Part shown: positions 13,233 to 27,097 of the stretch, in pieces | Position numbering within the stretch: position 1 is the first letter of the stretch | Layout: each line of letters opens with the position of its first letter | Assembly: GCF_006345805.1 (NCBI RefSeq) | Contig: NC_042999.1 | Location: 148,428,001 to 148,492,000, forward strand | DNA from: Octopus sinensis | Taxonomy: Eukaryota | Reading direction: 5' to 3' | DNA: 64,000 nt | Program-made: the position numbers and the translations under genes | Notes under the pieces: model-generated | Seen by the model: the letters and a program-made list of their open reading frames with translations, nothing else | Databases searched by the model: none | Told to the model about the DNA's origin: nothing

Positions 13233-16200
13233 CAACGAACTGGTAGAATGTTAGCACACTGGACAAAATGCATAGCAGTATTTCATCTGTCTTTACGTTC
13301 TGAGTTCATCCTTTTGGGGTCGATAAAATAAGTACCAGTTGAACACAGTGTTCAACTGGTACTTATTTAATCAACCCTCAAAGGATGAAAGGTAAAGTCG
13401 ACCTTAACGGAATTTGAACTCAGAACGTAGTGACAGGTGAAATACCGCTAAGCATTTTCTCCAGCGTGCTAACAGTTCTGCCAGCTCGCTGCCTGAATAA
13501 TAATAATAATAATAATCCTTTCTACTGGAGGCTCAAAGCCTGAAATTTTGCAGGAGAGGACCTGCTGATTACATCGACCTCAGCATTCAACTTGTGCTTA
13601 TTTTATTGACCCCAAAAGGATGAAAGGAAGAATCGACTTTGACAGAGTCCCTAAACTTGCTGCCCTTGTGGTAAAATCTGAAACCATTATTTTAAGGTCA
13701 ATTAAGATGGCACGTTGGCAGAAGTATTAACATGCAGGGCTAAATACTTAGCAGCATTTTGTCCATCATTACATTCTAAGTTTGCCTTTCATCGTTTCAG
13801 GGGTCAATGAAATAAGTACCAGTTGAGCACTAGAAGTCACTGTAATTAACTTCCACATCCCTCAGAATTTCTGGCCTTGTCCCAAAATAAGAAAGGATTA
13901 TTTTAAGGTTATCATCATCATTGTCGTCGTTTAACTCCACTTTCCATGCTGGTATAGGTTGGACGGTTTGACTGAAGGCTGCACCAGGCTCCAATTTGAT
14001 CTGGCAAGTTTCTACAGCTGGATACCCTTCCTAACACCAGCCACTCCAAGAGTGTAGTGGAGTGCTTTTTATGTACCACCGGCATGAGGGCCAGTCAGGT
14101 GGCACTGGCAAACAATCATGCTTGAACGGTGCTTTTTACATGCTGCCGGCACAGGACCAGTCAGGCGACACTGGTATCAACCATGCTCAAATGTTGCTTT
14201 TTATGTGCCACAGACACAGGTGCCAATCAGGCAGTACTGCCATCATCCGAAACAACGATTTCACTTGCCTCAACAGGTCTTTAAGCACAGCTTAAAACAA
14301 AATATTCGTCTAGTACCAAGATCTGTGATATCAATTAACCCCTGCCACCAAAATTTCATGCCTTGTGTCAATGGTAGAAACCTATTATTATTAACTAAAT
14401 CATAGGCCTTTTAATATACTTTTCAATTTTCTTCTGCCACAATATTTATAATCACTTCCTAACATCTTAGTACATCTATAATATCCAGTTGATGAAATAG
14501 CCTCCACACAATTGCCTGAGTTGCTGAAACTAGCAGACAAATCTCCCTCAAATTACATGCTACCAATGTAAAGAAGGAGACTGTAGTACAAAAAGATACA
14601 ACTGACACACTTGAAGTGTGTTTCATCATAAATCTGCTGGATTCCTGTCTGATTCAAGATTAAACTGCAAAACCACCGTTCTCAGAACTCTCGCTTAAAC
14701 TCAGTCAAGATTAATATTTAAAAAGAAAGGCACCGACAAAAAAGCAGCAGTAGTTACCATAAGATTCATTAGTCCTAAATAATATTTAGGTATGCATACC
14801 ATGAATGATAAATGCAGATCAGCAAATGTCACATGCTAAGACCATCTTTTCTACCATAGCTACCATCAGAACAAAGAGGCCAATAAAATATACTGGAACT
14901 ATAAAGAGTTTGCAATACCCACATGATAAATCAATGCATATTGGAGTGTATAGATTTGGACTCAACTAGATGAAGGCAAAGAATACCTAAAGCATGAGCT
15001 TTGTTGACTGTGCTAAGTCATTTGACTAACAACCTACATGCAATCCAGTTTGATAAGAACTACACAAGAAATTTATATACCAAGTTTAATGGCTTGCCTT
15101 CATTCAGTATGTAGCAAAAGAAATTCCAAAATGATTTTTATAGGAAGTGCACTCAAATGACAGAGCCAGTAACTAAGCTGTCTGACGTTGAAACAAAATC
15201 AAAATCAATTTGTTGTTTCTCATCTTATGTTTACAGATACCTTCAAAGCTGCTACAAATGCTGGACTGCACTATCTCAGATTATCTTTTCTGGTGACTTC
15301 TGGCTAGAAGGATATTGAGCTTAATTTGATAACCAGCTGATCTAGCAAGCAAGGCCTCATATCAGTGAGGGGGCCCGGTATGCATTGATGCCGTCAAGAG
15401 GTAGGCCCCGAAACAGTGCGCATTCTCTCCTGATGACCCCATACACTTGCTGGCTTCCAGTATACGGAGCTTTTGACTGGTAGCACTTGCATGTGCAAGT
15501 TGTTTGAAAGACATAGATAATGTAGCAAAAATTGCATCCAAAATAATAATCAGCTTTCTTTCTTTGAACCAGACGCAATTACAGCTCTTGTGCAACTGCT
15601 GATGATCTACAAAGCTCATGTAAACTGGATATTGCTACCACATAAAGGGCAGTACAGCTGCTACAATCCCTAGGACATAGGTATCGGTGTTTCTCCACTC
15701 TATTCTATCACTACTACAATAGGCTCTGCTTCCCTGAACCAGCTAATTGGATATCGTCTCCAACCAAGTCCATACCCTGACACACTTATCTTTCCCCTCT
15801 TGTCACCCATTTGGAGTCTCTTCTCCCAGAGACTCCACACTGACCACTATGCCCTACCTTTACCTTCACACCTCATAATGTCAAATTTCTGATTCTCTTC
15901 CTCCCCCACCCTTAGATAATCAAATCCAACTTAAATCTTATCAGCTCCACCAATCTCAGAGGTCAAGGAATCTGCCCTATTCTCCTGACCAAGCAGAAAA
16001 AATATATAAACAGAAAAAAAAATGGAAGTTCCTTACGTCATTACATTAGCTTCTTGAACAAACTGGTCAGTATATTCCATGTTTACTAACTTTTTCACAG
16101 CAACTGGCTTTGATTTGTAACAGGCTTCATACACTTCTATGTATGACAATAACAATAAAAGATAAAAATAAAATAAGCAGAAAAAAAAAATTAACAAAGG

Positions 16201-19200
16201 TGATATTAAAAAAAATTTTTTAACAATTCTTCATCACTAACTTAGCAAATTGTAGTTAAACATTGTCTTTTATGAACTTAAAAATAAAGCTTCTTATTTA
16301 ATATGATTTCAATACGTTTTTCATAATGACAACTGTTATACAAAGAGTTTACTTTGCCCACCTTTACAGCAGTGATTATCTTAGAGGCCAACAGGAATAT
16401 AATGGACAGTTAAGGGAATGCAACATATTTTGATTAATACACACTACTCTATATGATAACTCACTGTTAGATTTTACTGGTCTCAACAAAGACAAGTCAA
16501 GATATATCTGGAGTTCCAGATCTGCAAACTATATAAATGTCAGGTCCACATTTTCTCTGAGGCTTATAGCTCAGAAATATTTTAGAGCAGAGTTAGAAAT
16601 GTTTTTCTGTAAAAATAATTCACATGAGATATGGTACATTTTATAAAATTTGCATGCATCATTACCAAAACAGATCTATTTGCTAAAGAAAACCTTCAGC
16701 ATTTGTACAAAGTGACAAGCGCAAGTGGTAAAAATGATAGCATTCAGACTGCTAACTGAAAAATCTTCTCCACTTCATATTAAATCATTGATGTGCAGTG
16801 TACATAACCAAGATAACTAGAAATGGTTCAATTCACCTAGTTGTAAGTAATTACCAAATATCATTAAAGTAAGTAACAGACACAACATAAAAATAATAAT
16901 AATGAAATTATTGTATACAGTGCTCAGGTGCACCACAACTTGTCAAAAAGTGCATATAAAATATATGCAGTAATGTACAAATGTCTGGAAAGCAAACAGT
17001 GTATGAGTCAGATACATGCTTGCGTGTGTATGGAGGGGAGAAAATCAGGTGTAGTGTTGGCGAATCTCAGGAAGCATGGAGTTTTGAAGGATGCAGTGCT
17101 CTGACAACTAACAACTGATGCCGGCAGTTTGTTCCATGCTTCAGCAACTCTCAGCGTGAAAGAATGTTTCCAAAAGTGATGGGAGCTGTGCTGTTTTCTG
17201 ACTTTGTAAACATGTCCACAGGTGTTAGACAGGTGGAGTTTGAAAAGGTGCTCAGAGTTATTGTTTGTAAGATGGTTAATAATTTTATGGGTGTCTGCCA
17301 AGTCAGCTGCCAGACGTTGGAGTTTCAATATATCCATACCCAGGGAAGTAAGGCGTTCAGAATATGGCAAATGCCTGATGGAGAGTATTCTGTTGGTTGC
17401 ACGTCGCTGAACGACTTCCAGACGATTAATATCCTGGGCAAGATAGGGGTTCCAGACCGGTGATGTAAATTCCAGGTGAGGTCTTACCATGGCTATATAA
17501 AGCCGCAGATAGATAGCTGGAGAGCGGCTCACAAAGGACTTGGTGAGTGATGCCATAGTCAAAGAATACTTCATTAGCTGACTGTGTTTGTTAAAAACCA
17601 CCTATCAGCAAGCTTGGAGAGCAATGGGTCCTGCAAAGCTGACTTTGTCTAGATATTTTTGTTAAAATAAGCTGATAACACTTCCACAATACGCAAAATA
17701 TTTTAACTATTTTTTAATACAATTCCCCATAATATTTAATTATTAAAATATATGATTTTTTAAAAACAGTGACTGGCTAGGAGGGTCCATTTAAGTATAA
17801 AAGGAATAAAAGTGGTCCATATATAAAAAAAAAATGGTTGAGAAAAACTGGTCTAGATACTAAAATAAAGATGAAGTTTACAGTGAGTTTCAAACAGACA
17901 TACATACATCATATATATATATATATAGTCCCTCAGGAAGCCCAACATGGTGAGGAGAGTGATTGTTGGACACCCTGTGGGATGAAAAATAGACCTGTCA
18001 AAGAGCAGAACTACTACTGTGTAGTCAGCAGACAATTCAACAAGTACCTTGCCGCGGTGAAGTGCTTGTGTGCTCCATTGACCTGGAGAGCTATGCTTGA
18101 GGGAGAGAAATCTTCAGGCAGGCCTTACCAGGCCAGACAGGTTGAAGGGTAGGAGACAGACAAAACCTTAACCATTAGAGGAGTAGGCCTCAATGACAAT
18201 AAATCAAAGCGTCAGCAGCAGGGCATGGATTTAGTTATTGGTAGGACCTAACAGATCAGATCCATTGCTTTGAACTAACAGGATGTCATGCAGAGGATCT
18301 TGAATACAAGACAATGTATAAGACCCTAATATTCCAAGTTAGATGGAAACTGTGGGACCATACGGAGCAGTGCCTTACAACTCTTATAGTATGCACAACC
18401 AAAATATATAAATACAGTTAGATAAGGCCAGTTTCTGGTATTACACTGGGTTTCACATCATAAAGTGCTTAGCGTTGCGGCATATCATCAGATCCCAGCC
18501 TGTTGGCTTATGGCCTCTCTAGAAAATGGAGGAGAAAAGGACCTTGCTACTCAATGTCAACAACAAGGGATTGTCTTCTTTTGGCTGTTGATCACAAATG
18601 ACCCTGTTATCTTGTGGGTTCCAAAAGGCCAGCAGGAATTTCCTGAAATGTGAGCACAGTCCAAAGACCTCCATTCTGAAGTTAAGGATGTTCCTCGGGT
18701 CAAGGGTATCCTTTAGCATCCTTGCCCATTCTGCTATGCACATTTATGTAGGGGCTTAGTTTTTCTAGAATTCTCCATGATATTGTGTGTGGGATCCCAT
18801 CATCCTTCAGCTGCCATACATGGCTGGCTAATGACATAATGTATCTCCTTTCTGGTATCCTGAAGGAGGATCTGTAATTGGAGAGGTTCTGCTTGAATGT
18901 GTTACCAGAGCAACAGATGTATCTGTGCTCAGGTGTTGGCAGTACTGCATCTGTTGGTGTTTTCATTGCTGCTAATGCTGTTGTTGGTACTGGCACAAAC
19001 TAATATCCGCAACTGGATAAATTTTTTTACACGAAATATTTGCAAGATTTGGCGTTCAAGACATGATAGTGTTTGACAACGGAATGCAATTTGTATCAAG
19101 TGAATTTTTAAAATTTTGTGAAATGTTCACAGTTGAACATGTAACTACAGTGCCATACCATCCTAGGTCTAACGGACAGGCAAAACACTTATTTTAACTA

Positions 19201-21426
19201 TTTTTTTAAGAAAAGCAAATAAGGGAAGCATGGATGAGGTAGCTCTTCAACATATGACACCAAATTTGAATACAAATTGCTACCTGGCAGGAAAAGAAAA
19301 TGTGCCAGGGAAGATGTAGCAAGATTTTTTAAAGTTGGTGAAAGGGTTTATCTGAGGACATACAAAGATGGAAAGCAGAATTAGGAAGAGGGCAAAATTA
19401 TCAAATACATAGGTAAAATGATGTATTGGGTAAAAAGCAGAAAAGGCATACAAAAGAGACACAGGAACCAACTGAGAAAGAGATTTGTGGAAAGCAAACC
19501 AAAGTCCAAGAAACCCATGGAATGATTATACAATTGTACGATATGTGATTGAACCCAGTTGTACAACTGAAAAGAAAAGAAAACATACAGAGTTCTTGAA
19601 AATAGATGCCAAGAGAAAAAAATATTAAATTGTTTGAGAAAAAAAAAACTTAAAAACAGGGAAGTGGAGTGAATAAAAATATTATTGCTGAATAAAATGA
19701 CACTTCCTAAGAAAAATTTAAAAGGAGAAATGTTGTAGGGAATTAGTATTAATGGTAAGCCCCTCCCACATGATGAGTGGAATGAGTTGGTCACTATAAG
19801 TAAGGTGATGTCGGTCAGTATTGAGAGAGTACATGTAGACTATGTTGATAGTCATGTCTGTGCTGATATAGTAATTATACTGTGATACTGAGTGGACATT
19901 ATAATAATCCAACCCTTTGAAGATAATAACACAGTACAACTGAGGGGGTCATACAGTGACAAATAGAAACATTCTATTGACAACTTTGGAATATAACAAC
20001 ATCTGTCAGAGTGACAACCATTGTACAAAGACAGATACAACATATATGTACAGTATTTCACAGAAGTATGTACTCCTGAAAAATTTCAGTAAAATTGTCA
20101 TTACTCTGATAATATCAAAGGAAATGAAACGAAATTTATGCTGAATAAAATATATTATACATGCAAACATTATACAAATTTTGAACACAAAACAATAAAC
20201 ATTTTCAAAGATATGAACGAAATATTAATTTTCGAATGATACAAAAATATGTACTCTAAAGGATTATTTGCTATATTCAATATTTGGTGTGACCACTCTT
20301 GCTTTCAATGACCGCATTAAGACTTATGGGCATAGAATCGGCTAAATTTCCGCATATAACAGATAAAATTGAGCTCCATTTATCCTAAATGATGTCTTTC
20401 AACTGTGTTACATTGCAGGGTTTTTTCTCATCAATTTTCCCTTTCAAAACACCACACAGATGTTCTATTGGGTTTAAATCAGGTGTCATGGTAGGCCAAG
20501 GCAATACCTTTACCTTTTTATCTAATAAAAACTTAATCATCATCTTTGAAGTGTGTTTAGGGTCATTATCATGTTGGAATGTGGAATGTCTCCCTAGTTC
20601 CTTAATGCTTTTCAATATTGTTTTCTGCAATATGTCACAATAAAGCCTTGAATCCATTGTTCTCTCAATAAATGTGAATCCTCCCACACCAGCTGCACTC
20701 ATGCATCCCCAAAGCATAAGACTTCCACCACCATGTTTCATTTGTTACTATTATCTTCACCTAGCCATTGCCATATTCATTTAATACCGTCTGACCCAAA
20801 GAAATTGATTTTAGTCTTGTCAGAAAAAGAACTTTATTCTAAAATTCCTTCCTCTTACTCACATAGGTTTTGGCAAAAGAAAGACGACTTGATTTATGCC
20901 CGATTGTGAGGAGAGTCTTCCTACGAGGAATGCGTCCATGAAGACCACACTGGTTCAAACATTGGTGAATTGGTTGGGCAGATACACTCTTTCCACTAAC
21001 AGAAGACACTTCTTTGGCCAAAGCTGAAATGGTATGATGCCTGTCGTCCATCACACAATGTTGGATGTAGCGAATATCACCCACAATTAATATAGGACAA
21101 CCTGGATAATGTTCATTGTTTAGCCATCCAGTAGCTTTGTAGTTCTGAATTACTTTGTGTTCGTGCTAATATGTATTCGTTTGCTAATTAACTTGTATCC
21201 TAAACCATTCTTGTGCAAATTAAAAATAATTTTCTTCAAATCTTCAGACAATTATTTTCCTATTGGTGTCATTTTAATCACAATGAAGATTTTCACCACA
21301 TTATTCAAATCAGAATTCCTGCAGATGGGATAACAATGACTGGGGCATAAATGCCAGGAGAATAATTTACTAGAGTTCAAATTATCAGCAATATCTGAAT
21401 TTAGTAAAAAAATGTGGATAGAATAT

Positions 21427-21464
<38 letters not shown>

Positions 21465-24400
21465 TGTGTACAGTGCTCAGGTGCACTACAACTCATCTAA
21501 AGTGTATATATAATCAGGTGTAGTTTCGGCGGATTTCGGAAAGCATGAGTGCCTTAAAAGATGCAGTGTCATGGCAGTCAACAACTGACGCAGGCAGTTT
21601 ATTCCATGCTTCAGCAACTCTGAGCGTGAAAAAATGTTTCCGAAAGTCATGGGAGCTGTATTGTTTTCTGACTTTGTAGGCATGTCCACGTGTGTTAGAC
21701 ACATGGAGATCAAAAAGGTGTTCAGTGTGTTGTTGGTGAGGTGGTTGATAACTTTGTGGGTATTTACCAAGTCCGTCGCCAAACGCCGGAGCTTCAGTGA
21801 ATCCATGCCCAGGGAAACAAGGCGCTCAGAATATGGTAGGTGTCTGATGGAGGGTATGCGTTTGGTTGCACGTCTCTGGACAGATTCCAGGAGGTCAATG
21901 TTCTGTGCAAGATAGGGGTTCCAAACTGATGATGCGAATTCCAAGTGTGGTCGTACCATAGCTGTATACAGTTTTAATAGATGGCTGGAGAGCGGCTAAC
22001 AAAAGACCTGCTGAGTGATGCCAAGACACCTCGGCCTTCCTGACAATCTTAGAGATATGCTTTGACCAACGCAAATCACTGCTGACAGTGATGCCTAGGT
22101 CACGCTCGCAAGAGGATTTCTTGATATCAGTGTTGTGGAGGGAGTAAGTGAACGCAGGGTTTTTTCTCCCAAAATGCATGGTGGTACACTTGTCCACAGC
22201 CAGTTTCAGTTGCCAGTCTGTGATCCATTGCTGCATTGTGTCTAGGTCTGATTGCAGGAAAGAGTTGTAGACATCAGGATCTGTCCTCTTGATTTCAAGG
22301 TACAGCTTGATGTCGTCTGCATATTTCAATACTGTGGCATTCTTTAAATTGGCATAGCAAATTTCCTTTAGGGTGTACATATTTTTGTAACGTTTGAAAA
22401 TTAATATTTCATTCATATCTTTGAAAATGTTTACTGTTTTGTGTTCTAAATTTGTATTGTTTGCATGTATAATATATTTTATTCAGTATAAATTTTGTTT
22501 GGTTTCCTTTGATATTATCAGAGTAATGACAATTTTACTGAAATGCTTTTAGGGATGTACATAATCCTGAGATACTATATATATATATAGTTAATCCAAA
22601 CATGAACAAAGAGAAAACACAACAACGTGAGGATGTGTAATAAGTATATATATATATATGTGTGTGTGAGTGTGTGTATGTATGTATATATCAGAGTAAA
22701 AGGTAGACTGTACGACGCATATGTACGAACAGCCATGCTACATGGCAGTGAAACATGGGCCATGACTGCTGAGAACATGCGTAAGTTCACAAGGAATGAA
22801 TCCAACATGCTCTGATGGATGTGTAATGTCAGTGTGCATACTCGACAGAGTGTTAGTGCCTTGAGAGAAAGGTTGGACCTAAGAAGCATCAGATGTGGTG
22901 TGCAAGAGAGACGACTGCGCTGGTCATGTGGCGAGAATGGATGTGGATAGCTGAGTGAAAAAGTTCCACACCCTAGCAGTTGAGGGAACCTGTGGAAGAG
23001 ATAGACCCAGGAAGACATGGGATGAGGTGGTGAAGCATGACCTTCAAACACTGGGCCTCACCAAGGCAATGACTAGTGACTGGGACCTCTGGAAATATGC
23101 TGTGTTTGAGAAGACTCAGCAAGCGCAAGTGAGACCATAACCTTGTGACCTACATCAGGAGTGTAACCAGTCCACTTATGCGTGCCTTTCCTTCAATGGA
23201 TACTAAACTCTGCTTGTGAAGACTTGTTGAGGCAAGTGAAATCGAAAGCAAATTCGATGACTGGCATCCGTGCTAGTGGAGCACTAAGAGTACCATACGA
23301 GTGAAATCAGGACCAGAACAACAAGATGGCCTCTGTGCCAATTGCACATTAAAAACAGCATTCGAGCATGATCATTACCTGTATCGCCTTACTAGCACTT
23401 ATTTTTTGTGTAATGCAATGACTTTTCCTAAGTATTACAATATATGTAGAAAAATAAAGAAACGTTTAGTTGAATAAAATACTTTGGAAATGTTCACACA
23501 TTCTAAATGAAACAGGATACAAAAGTGCACCTGTTATATAAAGTGAACATTGTTAAAAAAACCACAGCATCGTGTTTTTTCATGATAAAAGGCATATTAC
23601 ATGCAAATAAATGTAGTAACTATGCTAATTTTCAGAATAATTAACATATACGTATTATACATGTAAAGACTGAGTTGTATCAGGCTGACTTTTCTTTTTA
23701 AAGATAAGGTAAAGAAGGAAGAGGTAAGATACATGACCACTGTAAGTCTTCTGAGACCAGTGAGCTTGATATTGTTAATGTTCCATTTAAACTATTGTAG
23801 GTCAACACTGGCTGGAAAGACATGCGCAGAGAGAAGGCTCAAGAGAGGCAATATTTGGGGGAGAGAGGACTGGTTAGTGGTTGGTGCAGGGCCAAGTGTG
23901 TTGGATACAACAAGGATGATGAGAGATAGAAAGAGTAGCAAGCTCCAAGGAAGAGAGACCAGCAGAGTAACAGCAGAAAAAACAGAGAAAGGAGACAGAG
24001 TACCAATGGATCAGAGGCAAGAGAATATCAATTAATGATTGAATGCTAATTAATCAAGAGGCCCTTCACTAGATGCAGTCCAGCATATATGGGTGCTATT
24101 TGATGTAAGAATCTTCTATATAATCTGCTTGATTGTTTTCATCATGGAATTCTTTATAGTTTTGCTTCCCTGGGCATGAATACATTACAACTCTTGTCTT
24201 CTTCTTGTCTTGAGACAACATTCACCTGGGGTGGGTTGAGCTGGCTTCATTCATCCTTAATGCTGCATCGCTCACAAGCGCCAACCAGACCTGGTGATTT
24301 GATGCTAACAACCGCTTGATCTCCAACCACTCCTTATTTCAGCAGCGAACACCATAGATATGGAGGCCTAGGTTGGGTTCCAGATCAGCCTTGACTGTCA

Positions 24401-27037
24401 TCAGCCATGTTTTTCGTTGCCTACCACATCGCTTTCACAAGCCATGAAGGGGAGCTGGGGCAATTGCTTCGTAGATGAATTCTCCTGGTTGATGATGAAG
24501 GGCATGACCCAGCCAACGCAGATGTCTCGTTAGGATGACTTGTCGGAGGGAGGTGATTTTGCACTGGTGCTGCACCGAATTGTTGGAGACAAAGTGATGC
24601 CATCGGACACAAAGGATGCAGCGTAGACAGAGGTGATAGAAGGATTCTAGTTGCTTAATATCTTCCACCCTCATCAGCCATGAGAACAATGGAAGAAAAT
24701 TAAAGCTCTGATATCTGGCAACTGACTTGGTAGACACCCACAAGATTATCCATCATCTTTTCAACAACAACCTTGGACACCTTTTTGAATTCCATGTATA
24801 ACACTCATGAGCAGCTTTAACTTGTGTTTTTCTTGGTTATATTGTCAAGCTGAAAAGTGCTTATTTTGCTTTTGGCAATTAATTTTTATTTTTGATGTTG
24901 CATAAAAAAACGTCTGCATTCTGTTGAAATGTGGGTTCACATTTAGGTTATTATTGTGAGAGAAGTTTGTTGTTGATGCTGCTAGGAGCCTCTGATGTGA
25001 AATATATTTGTGATGTCGAGTATATCAATAAGTTCCAATAAGGAATGTTGGTGGAGCATTCTCAAAAAAATGGTCTGAAATAGATCTGATGTTGTTTGAA
25101 ATATAAAAAAAATATGTAATGGTACTTTTTACATGCCACCAGCATGGGTGGAAGACAGGAGGCACTGGCATTAGCCATGACTATGATTCCACTTGATTCA
25201 ACATGTCTTCTCAAGCACAGGATGTTGCCCAACAATTGAAGGGTACTTTTAATCGAGTTGGTAATGCAACACTGACATTGGCCATGGCTGCAATCTCACT
25301 TGGCTTGCTGGGTCTTTTCAATCACAGGATATCTTCAAAGGTTTTGGTCACAGGTCATTGCATCTGTGAGGCTCAACGTTTGGAGGTCAGGCTTCACCAC
25401 CTCATTCCATGTCTTCAACAGATCCCCTCCACTGTTAGGATGTCATACTTCTTCACACAGCTGTCCTCGTCCATACACAACACATGACCATACCAGCACA
25501 GTTGTCTCTCTTGCACACCACATCTGGTGCTTCGTATGTCTAGCTTTTCTTTCAGGGTGCACACTGACATCATACATCCAGTGGAGAATACTAGCTTCAT
25601 TTCTTTCAAGCCTATGTATGTCCTCAGCAGTCACAGCCCATATTTCACTGCCGTGTAGCATGGCTGTTCACACACATGCATCATACAGTCTACCTTTCAC
25701 TCTGAGCAAGAGGCCTTTTGTTAGCAGCAGTGGTAGAACTCTCTGAACTTTTCCCAAGTTATTCTTATTCTAGCAGCCACACTCTCAGAGCATCCACTCC
25801 TGCTACCAACGTGGTCAACTAGGTAACGGAAGCTATGAACTTCTAGTTTTTCCCCCTGGCATGTGATAGAATCTGTTTTCTGTACATCTTTGGTGTTTAT
25901 TGCTCCTGTGCATCTGCCACACAAAAACTATCTTTCCAGTTAGCCTTCTTTTGATATTGCTGCACCTCTTATGTGTCCATAGCTTACACCGAGTACATCT
26001 TATGGAGTTTCTACCTATGCCTTTTCTACAGATTAAGCAGGACCATCTACCTGAAGGGATTTGTGATTTGTCTGCCTTCCTACTTAGTGAGATTGGAATG
26101 ACATTGTAGAGTAGGTGTGAGAGGTTAATTCTAGCCAGTTTGAACATAAAACAGGTAGAATATTTAAGCCAGATATAACTCGTTTAAATGCTAAAGGACT
26201 AAATATTTTCACATGTCATAGCAATTCCAATAATAACTTAAATATCAGCTGGCTGATACCCTAGCATCTTAAGCCTTCATGCTCTCCTTAGAAATATTGG
26301 TTTCAAATTTTGGCACAAGGCCAACAATTTCGAGGAATGGGGTAAATCAATTACATTTATCCCAGTGCTTAACTAGTACTTATTATATTGACCCACGAAG
26401 GGATGAAAGGCAAAGTTGACCATGGCAGAATTTGAACTCGGATGGACAAAATGCCACTAAATGTTTAGCTCAGTGAGCTAACAACTCTGCCAACTCACCA
26501 CCTTTCTCCTTAGGAATACTATTGGATTGGTGCATAATTATTGCAGCATTTTTCCAACAAATTTTATTCAACAAAAAAAATAACAACATGTAACAAAAAA
26601 AATCTTTAAATGATTATTCCAGAGCATATTCACCATCTACTTCAATTACTGCTTCCCATTTGCTCAGCAGATGGTCAGACCATCATTTAAAAATGTTTTT
26701 GTTAAATATTGTTATTGTTTTTGTTGAATAAAATTTGTTGAAAAAACGCCGCAATGATTATGCACCAACCCAATAAATCTAATACTTACCACTAAACTCT
26801 CCTTTGTCAAGAAAGTCCTTCAACTCAATCGCATCAGAATTCAGTATGCAGCCAAGGTCTTTCAAATTTGATCTTAAAGAATTAGTGTCGCAAACAGGAT
26901 GAGTGAGACAAATGTTCAAATGTAAAACGCAGTTATAATACTAAAATGATAAAAAACAAAAAAAGGTAAGTAGAAGATTATATAGAATTCAAGGTATCTA
27001 ACAACTTAATATCTTAACATCAATATACACACACACA

Positions 27038-27097
<60 letters not shown>

